Positions 39,501 through 48,120 of a stretch of 51,656 bases of DNA are shown piece by piece. Below the pieces are notes generated by a model. The model saw only the letters and a program-made list of their open reading frames with translations, had not been told where the DNA came from and did not search any database. Every line of letters starts with the position of its first letter. Position 1 is the first letter of the stretch. A program made the position numbers and the translations under genes. The DNA lies in IMG/VR virus record IMGVR_UViG_3300032046_000037, positions 1-51,656 of that record; one strand, written 5' to 3'. Source of the stretch: a virus. Lineage: Duplodnaviria > Caudoviricetes.

Positions 39501-39992
39501 ATGGGAACGAGAAAAAGAATTGTATTGTTATGGTTATGTGCCATCGCCATATTGGGGATTGGTGGGTGTCTGAAAACGGTAAGCACCGACCCCAATACTG
39601 GTAAAACTGTGACCGAGTATTCTGTAGATGCGGGGACATTGGCCAAGTATGAAAAGCCGGTGGAAGCGGGGGTCAGTATCTTGGTGATGTTGACTACCTT
39701 ACTTCCCGGTCTGATTCCTGCCGGACTCGCTACCATCCTTGCAAGTATTCTTGGAACCTACTACAAGATTAAGCCAAAACTTCTGGCGGCACAGACTGCT
39801 GCCGAGATTGCTTATACAGCAAGTCAGGCGACAGTGCTTGGTATCGAGGATTACAAAAAGGTGGCACCACAGGAATGGGAAAAACTATGTCAACTTCTCG
39901 ATGCACAGAAAGCAAAGATAATTAGACCAGAAGACCAACTTGTTATTGAAAACTTCATCCGTGGATTGCGTGGTCTATCGGCGAAAGCATAA
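39501..39992 (+). CDS. Lipoprotein with additional hydrophobic segment
   Basis: Basic N-terminus, hydrophobic core and IGGC lipobox; second hydrophobic stretch ILVMLTTLLPGLIPAGLATILASILG. Confidence 0.7.
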   Translation: MGTRKRIVLLWLCAIAILGIGGCLKTVSTDPNTGKTVTEYSVDAGTLAKYEKPVEAGVSILVMLTTLLPGLIPAGLATILASILGTYYKIKPKLLAAQTAAEIAYTASQATVLGIEDYKKVAPQEWEKLCQLLDAQKAKIIRPEDQLVIENFIRGLRGLSAKA

Positions 39993-40019
39993 ATTAGAGA
40001 AAGGAAGGAAGGATAGACA

Positions 40020-40904
40020 ATGGTAGAGTCCACTGTTAATGTTGTAACTACTATAAGGCCGGGGGATGTTCCTGTCCCTGCCGAGTATGCTGCATTAGGT
40101 GCCAAATCTGGATATGCTCCCTGCCCTGCCGATGAGTTGAGGATGTTAATTGATGGGCCTGAAGGAGAGGGTAAAACCACCTTTGCTGCCAGTGTCCCGG
40201 ATAATATCATTCTCGACTTCGAGAGAGGGGCAGACGGTATAGTTGCCCCCCGCTCGGTTCGTATCCACATAAAAGGATATGACCACTATGTTCATGTAAC
40301 AGACAAGCTGCTGGCAGACGCAAAAGCAGGCAAGAGACCGTTCAGCCGGATAACCTTCGATACTACTGACAGATGGGTTACTATGATAGCTACACAGATT
40401 GCCCACGAAAAGATGGTAGAGGACATAGTAGAGTATGGGCAAGAGGGACACGGTTGGCAACTATTAAGGAATAGATGTTGGTCGAAGGTGCAGGAGTTGG
40501 AGGAAGCGGGATATGCCTGGACTATGGTTGGGCACCTGACAGAGAAGACAGTAACCGACCCGGTGACAAAGAAGGATATAACTGTTCCCCGGCTTTCTGT
40601 ATTTCCTACATTGAAGAATCCTCTTGTCCAAAGTGTAGAGTTCCACGGGACTGTATTCTGCATAACGACAGAGGAACCCGATATGGAGACCGTCAAACTT
40701 CCGAGTGGGCAATCGATTTCCCGGCCAAAAGCCGCCAATAAGAAAATCACGACATACTACTTTGATTGTTCCTCAACGTTAGGGAAGCAGGGCAAGAAGC
40801 GTGGTGTTCCGACTATGAAGGCAAGGATTGAATTACCATTGGTTAATGGATGGGATGTGTTTATAGAAGAATATAGAAAAGCAATTAGAAAGGAGCAAAA
40901 GTAA
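40020..40904 (+). CDS. AAA_24/Sak4-like recombination ATPase
   Basis: GPEGEGKTTFA, ILDFERG, FDT, YGQ.GHGW, VGH; adjacent to SSB. Confidence 0.85.
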   Translation: MVESTVNVVTTIRPGDVPVPAEYAALGAKSGYAPCPADELRMLIDGPEGEGKTTFAASVPDNIILDFERGADGIVAPRSVRIHIKGYDHYVHVTDKLLADAKAGKRPFSRITFDTTDRWVTMIATQIAHEKMVEDIVEYGQEGHGWQLLRNRCWSKVQELEEAGYAWTMVGHLTEKTVTDPVTKKDITVPRLSVFPTLKNPLVQSVEFHGTVFCITTEEPDMETVKLPSGQSISRPKAANKKITTYYFDCSSTLGKQGKKRGVPTMKARIELPLVNGWDVFIEEYRKAIRKEQK

Positions 40905-41353
40905 TGAGTGATTTGAGTTTTGAAAAGATATTGGCTGAACATAATAAAGCCTATGCAGAGGCAGAAGTGTTTAGCAGTTGGATGCCGCCCGAAGGGGAAT
41001 ATATCGTGGTAGTGAGCAACACCAAGCGGGGGACGACAATAGATGACGCTGGCAATGAACAACCGTGGTGGAGGATTACAGGCAAAATACAGGAACCCGC
41101 CAATCCCGACCTCGACCAAGCGGAATTTGCAGTGGGATTCTATCGCTCTTCGGCGTATGGTATTCTCAAGGGAGCAGCCGCCGTGCTGGCGGGTAAGCCG
41201 GTAGTAGCAAACCTGCGGGAAGCAGATGAGATAGTGATGGGAAGCAAAGGAAAGGTGCTGAAAGTAAGAGTAGAGATGGTTGAGTCAAAGAAATATACAG
41301 GACCACGTTGCTCTATTCTGCAAGTTATAGAAGTGCAGGAAGTTACTGCATAA
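40904..41353 (+). CDS. Single-stranded DNA-binding protein (DUF669-like)
   Basis: PPEGEYIVVV OB-fold-type start; follows Sak4-like gene. Confidence 0.65.
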   Translation: MSDLSFEKILAEHNKAYAEAEVFSSWMPPEGEYIVVVSNTKRGTTIDDAGNEQPWWRITGKIQEPANPDLDQAEFAVGFYRSSAYGILKGAAAVLAGKPVVANLREADEIVMGSKGKVLKVRVEMVESKKYTGPRCSILQVIEVQEVTA

Positions 41354-41390
41354 CTATAACTACTAAAACTACTAACTCTGTCTCTGCGTG

Positions 41391-41424
41391 TGGGGGGTAG
41401 TCGCACGATTGCCCCCCAAATTTT
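41391..41424 (+). terminator. Probable terminator
   Basis: TGGGGGGTAGTCG/CGATTGCCCCCCA stem then AATTTT. Confidence 0.6.
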
Positions 41425-41436
41425 GGAATTATAAAT

Positions 41437-41583
41437 ATGGGTAAAGGAAGTCAATACAGGTCAACTAATAAAAAGAAATTTGATGCCAATTACGATAGGA
41501 TATTTGGCAAGAAACCCTTGAAATTGTGGAGAAAATCCAAACGTGAAGTCCAGCGAAATAGTAAGATTCCCAATAACTATTAG
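41437..41583 (+). CDS. Small basic protein (48 aa); not in ORF track
   Basis: MGKGSQYRSTNKKKFDANYDRIFGK, a pattern recalled from small phage ORFs. Confidence 0.55.
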   Translation: MGKGSQYRSTNKKKFDANYDRIFGKKPLKLWRKSKREVQRNSKIPNNY

Positions 41584-41992
41584 GTCCCACATTCAGGGGG
41601 GAAAACTAACTGGCCATTACATACACGCTGGCAGGATGTTTCCTCTGGGACTTCCTGTTATAGATAAGGAACAGTTTGTCGGCGTGCACCGATGGTTGGT
41701 CATTACCATTGGCAGGCCACAAGAAATAGATGACCTTTTCAAGTTGACTGCAGACTTGCCGCAAACTCCTGCCAGTGATAGGATTATATGGATTGGAAAG
41801 GTCAAGTTGTATTTTACCAAACAGGGTATCACCGCTTATCTCCCTCTGCAGATATGGAACCCCGGTGATATAAAGTTTCAAGAAAAGATTATTACTTCCG
41901 GGTTCGCAGAGACCATTTACAATCATAGGAATTGTCCATATACTTTGGTTCACGTTCCGCTATTGACCCACTCTCTGATGGGAAGAATATGA
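41543..41992 (+). CDS. Hypothetical protein
   Basis: 149-aa ORF, ATGA-coupled to the ATPase. Confidence 0.6.
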   Translation: MKSSEIVRFPITIRSHIQGGKLTGHYIHAGRMFPLGLPVIDKEQFVGVHRWLVITIGRPQEIDDLFKLTADLPQTPASDRIIWIGKVKLYFTKQGITAYLPLQIWNPGDIKFQEKIITSGFAETIYNHRNCPYTLVHVPLLTHSLMGRI

Positions 41993-43191
41993 CAATAACA
42001 GAATCACCGTTGGCAACTATCAAGAGACTGTGCCAAGAGATATTGAAGTTCAACGAAGATGATAAGGTGGTAGTGGATGTATATACCAGCGTCCTTACGG
42101 CTGCTTATCATTCCAACATACCGGAGTTCGTGTGGATGTATATAGTTGGACCACCAGGATGTGGCAAGACAGAGTTGGTGTGCCTGATGATACATCACGA
42201 AGGATGTGAGTTTATAGATGACCTGACAGAACACGCCTTGACCAGTGGGTATTCGGATGAGACAGGATTTGACCCATCATTGCTGAACAAGTTGAACGGC
42301 AAAGTGCTAGTGATAAAGGACTTGGGGGACTTCGCAGAGAACAATCCACGGTTGGTCGATAAGATATGGGGGGAACTGCGAGCGATATTCGACAAGTATT
42401 ATGTGAAGGCATCTGGAGTTGTGGGGACACGGGAATATAATGTAAGGTTCGGGATAGTAGCGGCAGCAACGGAATACATAGATAAGTTCAGTGAGAGGCA
42501 TAGACAACTGGGAGAGAGGTTCCTTTCGTTCAGGCTGGCAAGGACACCACTAACTTTGGGGGAAAGGCGGGAGTTCAACAAGCGGTGTGTCGCCTTGATG
42601 AATGACAAAGACAGTTGGCAACAGAAGTTGCGGGGAGCAGTGCAAAAGGAAGTGGACAGGATAATGGAAAGGTGCAGGAGGAAAGATAGGTTGCCAGAGA
42701 TTTCTGCAGAGGCATTGGAGGTGTTGTTGGGATTGGCAGACTTGTTGTGTTTATTCAGGACGATTCCGATAGAAGGAACAGCAATGCAGCCGGAGTTTGC
42801 GAGCAGGGTGGTTCAGCAGTTGGTAGGGTTAGTGCAAGCCCACGCATTTGCAGATGATAGAGACCTGATAGATGAATCAGATTTGGCCTTGGCAAGGAGA
42901 GTGGTAATAGATTCACTGTCCGTAGTGAGAAGGAGGATGATACACTGGATGTATTTGAGAGGGGCACATAGACTAGGAGTGTCGAAGGAACAGATTGCTT
43001 CTACTTGCGGAACCACTCCTATTATAGTATGGCCGATACTTGTTCAGTATCTACACAGCAAGGTAATAGAACTAACTTCGGTAAGTGAGAAGGAGGAGGC
43101 GATAGAATTATACAGACTGACACCGGAGATATATAAGATAGTAAAAGATTGTGGTTTGTTGGAAGGAACTCACATGACAGGTTTAACTTAA
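41989..43191 (+). CDS. AAA+ ATPase, MCM-like putative replicative helicase with possible C-terminal winged helix
   Basis: GPPGCGKT, LTSG, VLVIKD Walker B, AAAT sensor, ERFL Arg finger. Confidence 0.75.
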   Translation: MTITESPLATIKRLCQEILKFNEDDKVVVDVYTSVLTAAYHSNIPEFVWMYIVGPPGCGKTELVCLMIHHEGCEFIDDLTEHALTSGYSDETGFDPSLLNKLNGKVLVIKDLGDFAENNPRLVDKIWGELRAIFDKYYVKASGVVGTREYNVRFGIVAAATEYIDKFSERHRQLGERFLSFRLARTPLTLGERREFNKRCVALMNDKDSWQQKLRGAVQKEVDRIMERCRRKDRLPEISAEALEVLLGLADLLCLFRTIPIEGTAMQPEFASRVVQQLVGLVQAHAFADDRDLIDESDLALARRVVIDSLSVVRRRMIHWMYLRGAHRLGVSKEQIASTCGTTPIIVWPILVQYLHSKVIELTSVSEKEEAIELYRLTPEIYKIVKDCGLLEGTHMTGLT

Positions 43192-43205
43192 AGAGGGGAA
43201 AGAAA

Positions 43206-43637
43206 ATGGAACGATATTTATATTTAGCCCACCCTTTTCCCACCCGGCAACGGATGAGAAAATGGGAATTGAAAGTTGAAAATAAAACCGGATTATCTCT
43301 GTTCAATCCTTTCTATGATATAGATAGGAAAGATGTTAAGGAGATAGACTTGGGCAGGCGGGACAGATATAAACTCAACCCCGCCTCCGTGGTAAATGCC
43401 GATATAAAAAAGATAAAAGAATCCACAGGATTGATTGGATATGTAGATGGAAGTCTATCCTATGGAACGATAATGGAAATAGTATATGCGTTCAATTATC
43501 AAGTTCCCGTTTATTTGATAATTACCAACGGACATCACAATCATCCGTGGTTTCGGTATCACGCAACTAAAATCTTTACGGGGTTGGAGGACTTTGAAAA
43601 ATGGGCACAGAAAGAATTACAAAAGGTGATGGGATAG
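43206..43637 (+). CDS. Nucleoside 2-deoxyribosyltransferase-like protein
   Basis: YLAHPF, FNPF, D..KI, SYGTIMEIVYA, PVY motifs. Confidence 0.85.
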   Translation: MERYLYLAHPFPTRQRMRKWELKVENKTGLSLFNPFYDIDRKDVKEIDLGRRDRYKLNPASVVNADIKKIKESTGLIGYVDGSLSYGTIMEIVYAFNYQVPVYLIITNGHHNHPWFRYHATKIFTGLEDFEKWAQKELQKVMG

Positions 43638-43639
43638 AA

Positions 43640-43963
43640 ATGGTAAAGGAGATGGACAAAGTGTATGGTCATCCAATGTTCTATAAATTACTCGACAGGA
43701 TGGCTGACCTCCATTCCAGAAAAAATCATGACTACGCCGGACAAGACCCGTTGAGCAATTTGAAATCATCTCTTCGGCTGGGGTTGTCTCCATTCCTTGG
43801 GGTGCTGGTAAGGTTACAGGATAAGTGGTCGAGACTGGAACAGTTTGCGAGAAGCGGACAACTAATGGTAAAGGATGAAACAGTAGAGGATACTTTGATG
43901 GATATAGCGGTTTATAGCTTGCTGGGTATAATCCTGCGGAGAGAGGAGAAAGAAGGCAGATGA
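43640..43963 (+). CDS. Nucleotide modification-associated domain 1 (DUF1599-like) protein
   Basis: RKNHDY, VRLQDKWSRL, ETVEDTLMDIAVY. Confidence 0.85.
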   Translation: MVKEMDKVYGHPMFYKLLDRMADLHSRKNHDYAGQDPLSNLKSSLRLGLSPFLGVLVRLQDKWSRLEQFARSGQLMVKDETVEDTLMDIAVYSLLGIILRREEKEGR

Positions 43964-44274
43964 GTGGCAACGAACAACCATCCTATACAGAGGGGGATAT
44001 AGTTGAGATAAGATTCCATGATATTCAGCAGATAAGTAACTGGACACCGCTCGACCTTGCCAAGAAGGATACTCCGCCTATTTGCAAGATGGTAGGATAC
44101 TTACTGGAAGAAACATCAGATACCGTGATTGTAGCTTGCGGTGTTTCTAATGATGGAGAGGGGGATTATTGGATACTTCCTCACGGATGTGTCATTAGTA
44201 TCAGAAAAGTAGAAGAAGCGGAACTGAATGATTTTCAGGAGAATAAAAATGGCAAAGATTCCCCACACGATTAA
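43960..44274 (+). CDS. Hypothetical protein
   Basis: VEIRFHD..VGYLLEE..ILPHGCV pattern recalled from phage ORFs. Confidence 0.65.
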   Translation: MSGNEQPSYTEGDIVEIRFHDIQQISNWTPLDLAKKDTPPICKMVGYLLEETSDTVIVACGVSNDGEGDYWILPHGCVISIRKVEEAELNDFQENKNGKDSPHD

Positions 44275-44926
44275 CCCACGGAAAATGACGAAGAAGGAAT
44301 TGACGGACAGGTTTGATTTCAAGTGCAGACATTTCAAGAATGGCCTTGAACATCCTGCTTGTTATGAGAGAGACCATTCTGATAGCATGCGAGTTGGTTG
44401 TCTGGACATAGAAGCATCGGGGCTGAAAGCCAACTTCAACTTTGTATTGTCGTGGTGTATTAAGGAACTTGGCGGAGACATAAAGGGAGATGTGATAGCG
44501 GGAGAGGATATACGAGCAGGAGTCTTTGACAAAAGGATTGTCCAAAGTTGTATAGAGGAGTTAAGGAAATACAATAAGATACTCACCCATTATGGAACTA
44601 ACTTCGACATCAAATTCTTACGCACACGGGCACTCGTCCACAGACTTGACTTCCCACAGTATGGAGAGATACTGCATACGGACGTTTATTATATGGCCAA
44701 AAGAATCCTGCTACTACACTCAAATAGACAGGACTGTGTAACGGAGGCTCTCTATGGCAGAAGTCATAAGACAAGGATACATCCCGATATATGGATGCAG
44801 GTTACACGAGGGAATCTGAAAGCACTGAAGTATTTGTATAAACACAATATGATAGATGTGAAAGAATTGGAAAAGAATTACTTGAAACTCAAACCATTTA
44901 GCAGAGAGACCAAGAAGTCCATTTGA
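44249..44926 (+). CDS. RNase H-fold 3'-5' exonuclease (RNase_H_2/YprB-like)
   Basis: LDIEASG, HYGTNFDIKFL, HTDVY, HNMIDV. Confidence 0.88.
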   Translation: MAKIPHTINPRKMTKKELTDRFDFKCRHFKNGLEHPACYERDHSDSMRVGCLDIEASGLKANFNFVLSWCIKELGGDIKGDVIAGEDIRAGVFDKRIVQSCIEELRKYNKILTHYGTNFDIKFLRTRALVHRLDFPQYGEILHTDVYYMAKRILLLHSNRQDCVTEALYGRSHKTRIHPDIWMQVTRGNLKALKYLYKHNMIDVKELEKNYLKLKPFSRETKKSI

Positions 44927-44945
44927 CCTCTGCAGAAAGAAAACG

Positions 44946-45098
44946 ATGAATAAACTATACCTTATCTTCGGGATACTTACCGTAATGAGTCAGGGGGGAA
45001 TCAGTATCGTGGCCTTCTATTCGGGTAAAGCGAAAGAAGGAATAATAGGAAGTCTCTTTGCAATAGCCAATGGGATTATTTATTTATGGAAAGGATAA
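44946..45098 (+). CDS. Small two-TM membrane protein (50 aa); not in ORF track
   Basis: MNKLYLIFGILTVMSQGGISIVAFY...IIGSLFAIANGIIYLWKG fills the intergenic gap. Confidence 0.55.
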   Translation: MNKLYLIFGILTVMSQGGISIVAFYSGKAKEGIIGSLFAIANGIIYLWKG

Positions 45099-45102
45099 GA
45101 AG

Positions 45103-45849
45103 ATGGAACTTGATACCATAATCCAGGGAGATTGTATTGAAGAGATGCAGGCTATGCCTGATAACTCCATAGACCTTGTGGTTACAAGTCCTCCTTATAA
45201 TGTGGGGATTGAGTATGATACCTTTAATGACAAGCGACCTTATCCTGCTTATCTTTATTGGTGCAGACAGTGGTTGGCGGAGATACTGCGGGTGCTCAAA
45301 CCAGATGGTAGGTTGTGTCTTGACCATTATTTGTCTTGTGGAACTGCAGAATATAGATTTGTTCCTCTTATGGATTTGAATGCTATTGCTCTTTCACTTG
45401 GATTCAAACATCATGGGATAGCAATATGGTGGGATATAACTTTGACAGAGAGAACTGCGTGGGGAAGCTGGTTGAGTGCAAGTGCCCCCTATATCAATTC
45501 GCCTTTTGAGGGAATACTGATATTGTTCAAAGACCATTGGAAAAAGGACAGGCCGGGGGCTACAGAGATTAGCAAAGAGGAGTTTATGGAAGCGTGCAGT
45601 GGGGTATGGAAGATTCCAACAGACAGAGAACGATTGACACCTGCTACTTTCCCGGTGGCATTGGCGGAACGGTGCATCCGGTTGCTGTCTTGGGAAGGAG
45701 ATATAGTATTCGACCCTTTTTCCGGGAGTGGGACGACTTGTATAGCGGCTAAAAAAACGGGAAGGAGATTTGTGGGGATTGAACTTAGCCCAGCTTATTG
45801 TCAGGTGGCAAGGGAAAGGATTATGGGGGTTTCTGCAGAGGTTGAATGA
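45103..45849 (+). CDS. DNA amino-methyltransferase (SPPY, probably N4-cytosine)
   Basis: IIQGDC, VTSPPY, PATFP, FDPFSGSGTT. Confidence 0.92.
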   Translation: MELDTIIQGDCIEEMQAMPDNSIDLVVTSPPYNVGIEYDTFNDKRPYPAYLYWCRQWLAEILRVLKPDGRLCLDHYLSCGTAEYRFVPLMDLNAIALSLGFKHHGIAIWWDITLTERTAWGSWLSASAPYINSPFEGILILFKDHWKKDRPGATEISKEEFMEACSGVWKIPTDRERLTPATFPVALAERCIRLLSWEGDIVFDPFSGSGTTCIAAKKTGRRFVGIELSPAYCQVARERIMGVSAEVE

Positions 45850-45876
45850 GTGAAAATTCACGCCGTTGAAATCGTC

Positions 45877-46057
45877 AACTTCCTATAGGAAGTTCCCTGT
45901 AGGATGTTGGGTGTAGGCCGTTGGGAGTTCCCTGTAGGGAGTTGGGAGTTTCCTACGGCCTGTTGTATATAGGGAGTTCCCTGTAGGGAGTTCCCTGTTG
46001 GGAGTTCCCTGTAGGGAGTTGGGTGTAGGGTGTTGGCTGTTTCCTGTAGGGAGTTGG
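45877..46057. repeat. Perfect 18-bp palindrome AACTTCCTATAGGAAGTT followed by GGGAGTTCCCTGTA 14-mer array
   Basis: Copies at 45923, 45972, 45986 (one mismatch) and 46000 plus degenerate ones. Confidence 0.88.
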
Positions 46058-46130
46058 ATATAATTTTTAATGCGGTTATAAGTATTTTATTGACAAAGAG
46101 TTATGAGCAAAAATAATTTTTGGAAAATGT

Positions 46131-46159
46131 TTGACAGTCCCCCCGGCCTTCCTTATACT
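46131..46159 (+). promoter_or_regulatory. Strong sigma70-type promoter upstream of the Ubl operon
   Basis: TTGACA-17 nt-TATACT with AAAAATAATTTT upstream. Confidence 0.75.
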
Positions 46160-46252
46160 ATATATACGCAGACGGACGGGCGGTTGGCGATTTTTGCCAA
46201 AAGTATAGATATAGATATGATGTAGTGTAGAGAAAGGGGGTATGACAATGAG

Positions 46253-46537
46253 ATGAAATGGGGAGCAGATGACCCAAGTATAGTGGAAGTGGTGGAGGCG
46301 TTTCTGGCTCGGAGTAAGAGGGAGGTAGTTGTGCCATTGACGACAGACGGCATTGAGCTGGTCAGCTTCGGAGTCCCAATAGCAAGATGGGATGGAGACA
46401 AGCTGGTAATGATGATTGGAACATCCGGGGAAAGAGAGGAGGATAAAGGTAGCGGTAGTAAAGGGAGGAAGATGCACAGGAAGTTGGTATTGGCGCTGGC
46501 AAAACAGAGTCAGGTGGAAATTGTGTTATGTGAGTAG
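46253..46537 (+). CDS. Hypothetical protein
   Basis: 94-aa ORF; LTTDGIELVSFGVPIARW motif; start uncertain. Confidence 0.65.
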   Translation: MKWGADDPSIVEVVEAFLARSKREVVVPLTTDGIELVSFGVPIARWDGDKLVMMIGTSGEREEDKGSGSKGRKMHRKLVLALAKQSQVEIVLCE

Positions 46538-46582
46538 GTAAAAAGTATAATAAGTAATGGGTAGAGAAAGGAGCAAAAGAAG

Positions 46583-46873
46583 ATGAGTATTGGCAATATG
46601 AATAATGATAATGGTAGTGTGTTGTTTGTTAATAATGAAGGCGGGGGGTTCGCAGAGGAGAAACCCATAGCCGTGGGAATGACTATAGGAGAGTTCCTTG
46701 CACGGTGGAATCCGGATGCGGATGTGGATGACTGTCTGATACGGGTAAATGGAGAAATTGTGGCAAGGAGTCAGGAACTGACGGACGGGGATAAGGTTAT
46801 CGTGGCAATGAATACTCCTTTGCAGGACGGAGATAGGGTTACAGTCAGCCCTGTCAATGTAAAGGGGGCATGA
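46583..46873 (+). CDS. Ubiquitin-like (beta-grasp, ThiS/MoaD-like) protein ending in VKGA
   Basis: VLFVNNEGGGFAE, GMTIGEF, LIRVNG, LQDGDRVTV; AAGGAG RBS. Confidence 0.85.
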   Translation: MSIGNMNNDNGSVLFVNNEGGGFAEEKPIAVGMTIGEFLARWNPDADVDDCLIRVNGEIVARSQELTDGDKVIVAMNTPLQDGDRVTVSPVNVKGA

Positions 46874-46914
46874 TTGGGGCCTGCACTTGGACGTGGATGC
46901 TAGGATGCTATGTG

Positions 46915-46950
46915 GGGCTGGTAGGATACTGAATAGGGTCCTGCCAGCCC
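46915..46950 (+). other. Intergenic 13-bp RNA stem-loop between Ubl and E2 genes
   Basis: GGGCTGGTAGGAT/GTCCTGCCAGCCC with two G-U pairs, no U tract. Confidence 0.55.
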
Positions 46951-46971
46951 AGCAATTATAAGACATAGATA

Positions 46972-48102
46972 ATGGTAGAAAGGAAAAGAGATATGGATAT
47001 GAAGTGTAACGGTAAAGGTAAAGCAGAAAAAGAGAAGGAGGAGGAGAGAAAGCCATATACGATACAATTCTTTGGGAATGAGATAACGATTGGCACATCG
47101 AGGAGATTCCCAAGGAAGAATCTGAAGAAATGGTCTGTGAAGGAGAGGAAGGCACTACGGCTGGCATACAGGATATATCATCAATGTCTATTGAAGGGGG
47201 AAGAGGAATATAAGGAGCTATTGGCAGTGGCAGCATCCAAGTTGGTTGTAGTTCGTAAGAATCTGGCACGTGTGGAATTAGAGGGGACACCCTGCTTGGT
47301 TTGGGAGTGGGGAAGGGGAAGAGATGCACAGGACGAGAGAGGAGAGGGGATAATAACCGAAACGGCAACCTTGTTATATACCATAAAAGAGCTGTTGGAG
47401 TGTGCATGCAAGTTTCGGAGGGTGGCACGGAGGAGAGGGGGGGTAATTGCCTTTGCTACCTGTTTAGAAGGGATTGAAAAGGAGTTCGGGGTTACGTGGT
47501 CATATAGGAAGGGAATGTTAGTAGTAACCACCATAGCACCGATAGTCTTAAAAGATACAAGTATGGACTTGGCAGTGAATATGGGGAAGTTCAAGATAGA
47601 GATGCCTCTACGAACAGACTGGTGTGGCATAAGGGTGAGCCGTGTAATAGACGGGGATGCGAATGCAGATGTAAGAGGGAAGTGGAAACCTCCTAGCTAT
47701 ATACATCCGCATGTGAACACGGATGGGTATCTATGTTTAGGGGACTATGGGAAGAGTATAAGGGCAGCATGGGAGAGGTTAGATTTGGACTCCTATCTGC
47801 ATCTAGTATTAGAGATACTAAGGAATTATAATAGTGGAAGTCCCTATGTTCGATTATCAGAGTATGTGGAGGGGTGTAGCTGTATAAGGTGTGGCGGGTT
47901 CATCCTCCTTGAACATATGGGGGAGGAGAGTGTTGTATGTGAGAGATGCAAGCGAGTAATGCATAGGAGATGTGCAAACCACACGTGCATTTGTGGGACT
48001 AAGGGAATATATTGCAGAATATGTTGTTCTCTGCACCAACGAGGTGAGGATGAGGAAGGTAATGCTGTATGTGTAATCCATGGAAAACCTATTAGTGTAT
48101 AG
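46972..48102 (+). CDS. E2 ubiquitin-conjugating enzyme-like protein with C-terminal Cys/His-rich zinc-binding region
   Basis: HPHVNTDGYLCLG matches the UBC HPN-x7-C spacing; YNSGSPY; CxxC clusters at C-terminus. Confidence 0.75.
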   Translation: MVERKRDMDMKCNGKGKAEKEKEEERKPYTIQFFGNEITIGTSRRFPRKNLKKWSVKERKALRLAYRIYHQCLLKGEEEYKELLAVAASKLVVVRKNLARVELEGTPCLVWEWGRGRDAQDERGEGIITETATLLYTIKELLECACKFRRVARRRGGVIAFATCLEGIEKEFGVTWSYRKGMLVVTTIAPIVLKDTSMDLAVNMGKFKIEMPLRTDWCGIRVSRVIDGDANADVRGKWKPPSYIHPHVNTDGYLCLGDYGKSIRAAWERLDLDSYLHLVLEILRNYNSGSPYVRLSEYVEGCSCIRCGGFILLEHMGEESVVCERCKRVMHRRCANHTCICGTKGIYCRICCSLHQRGEDEEGNAVCVIHGKPISV

Positions 48103-48120
48103 AGTAAGGAGAGTGAAAAG

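Noticed and set aside
45877-45894. FRT-like or protelomerase target site
   Set aside because: Only superficial similarity; no tyrosine recombinase or protelomerase gene recognised
45877-46057. CRISPR array
   Set aside because: Repeats are 7-14 bp, abutting and degenerate, with no unique spacers of constant length
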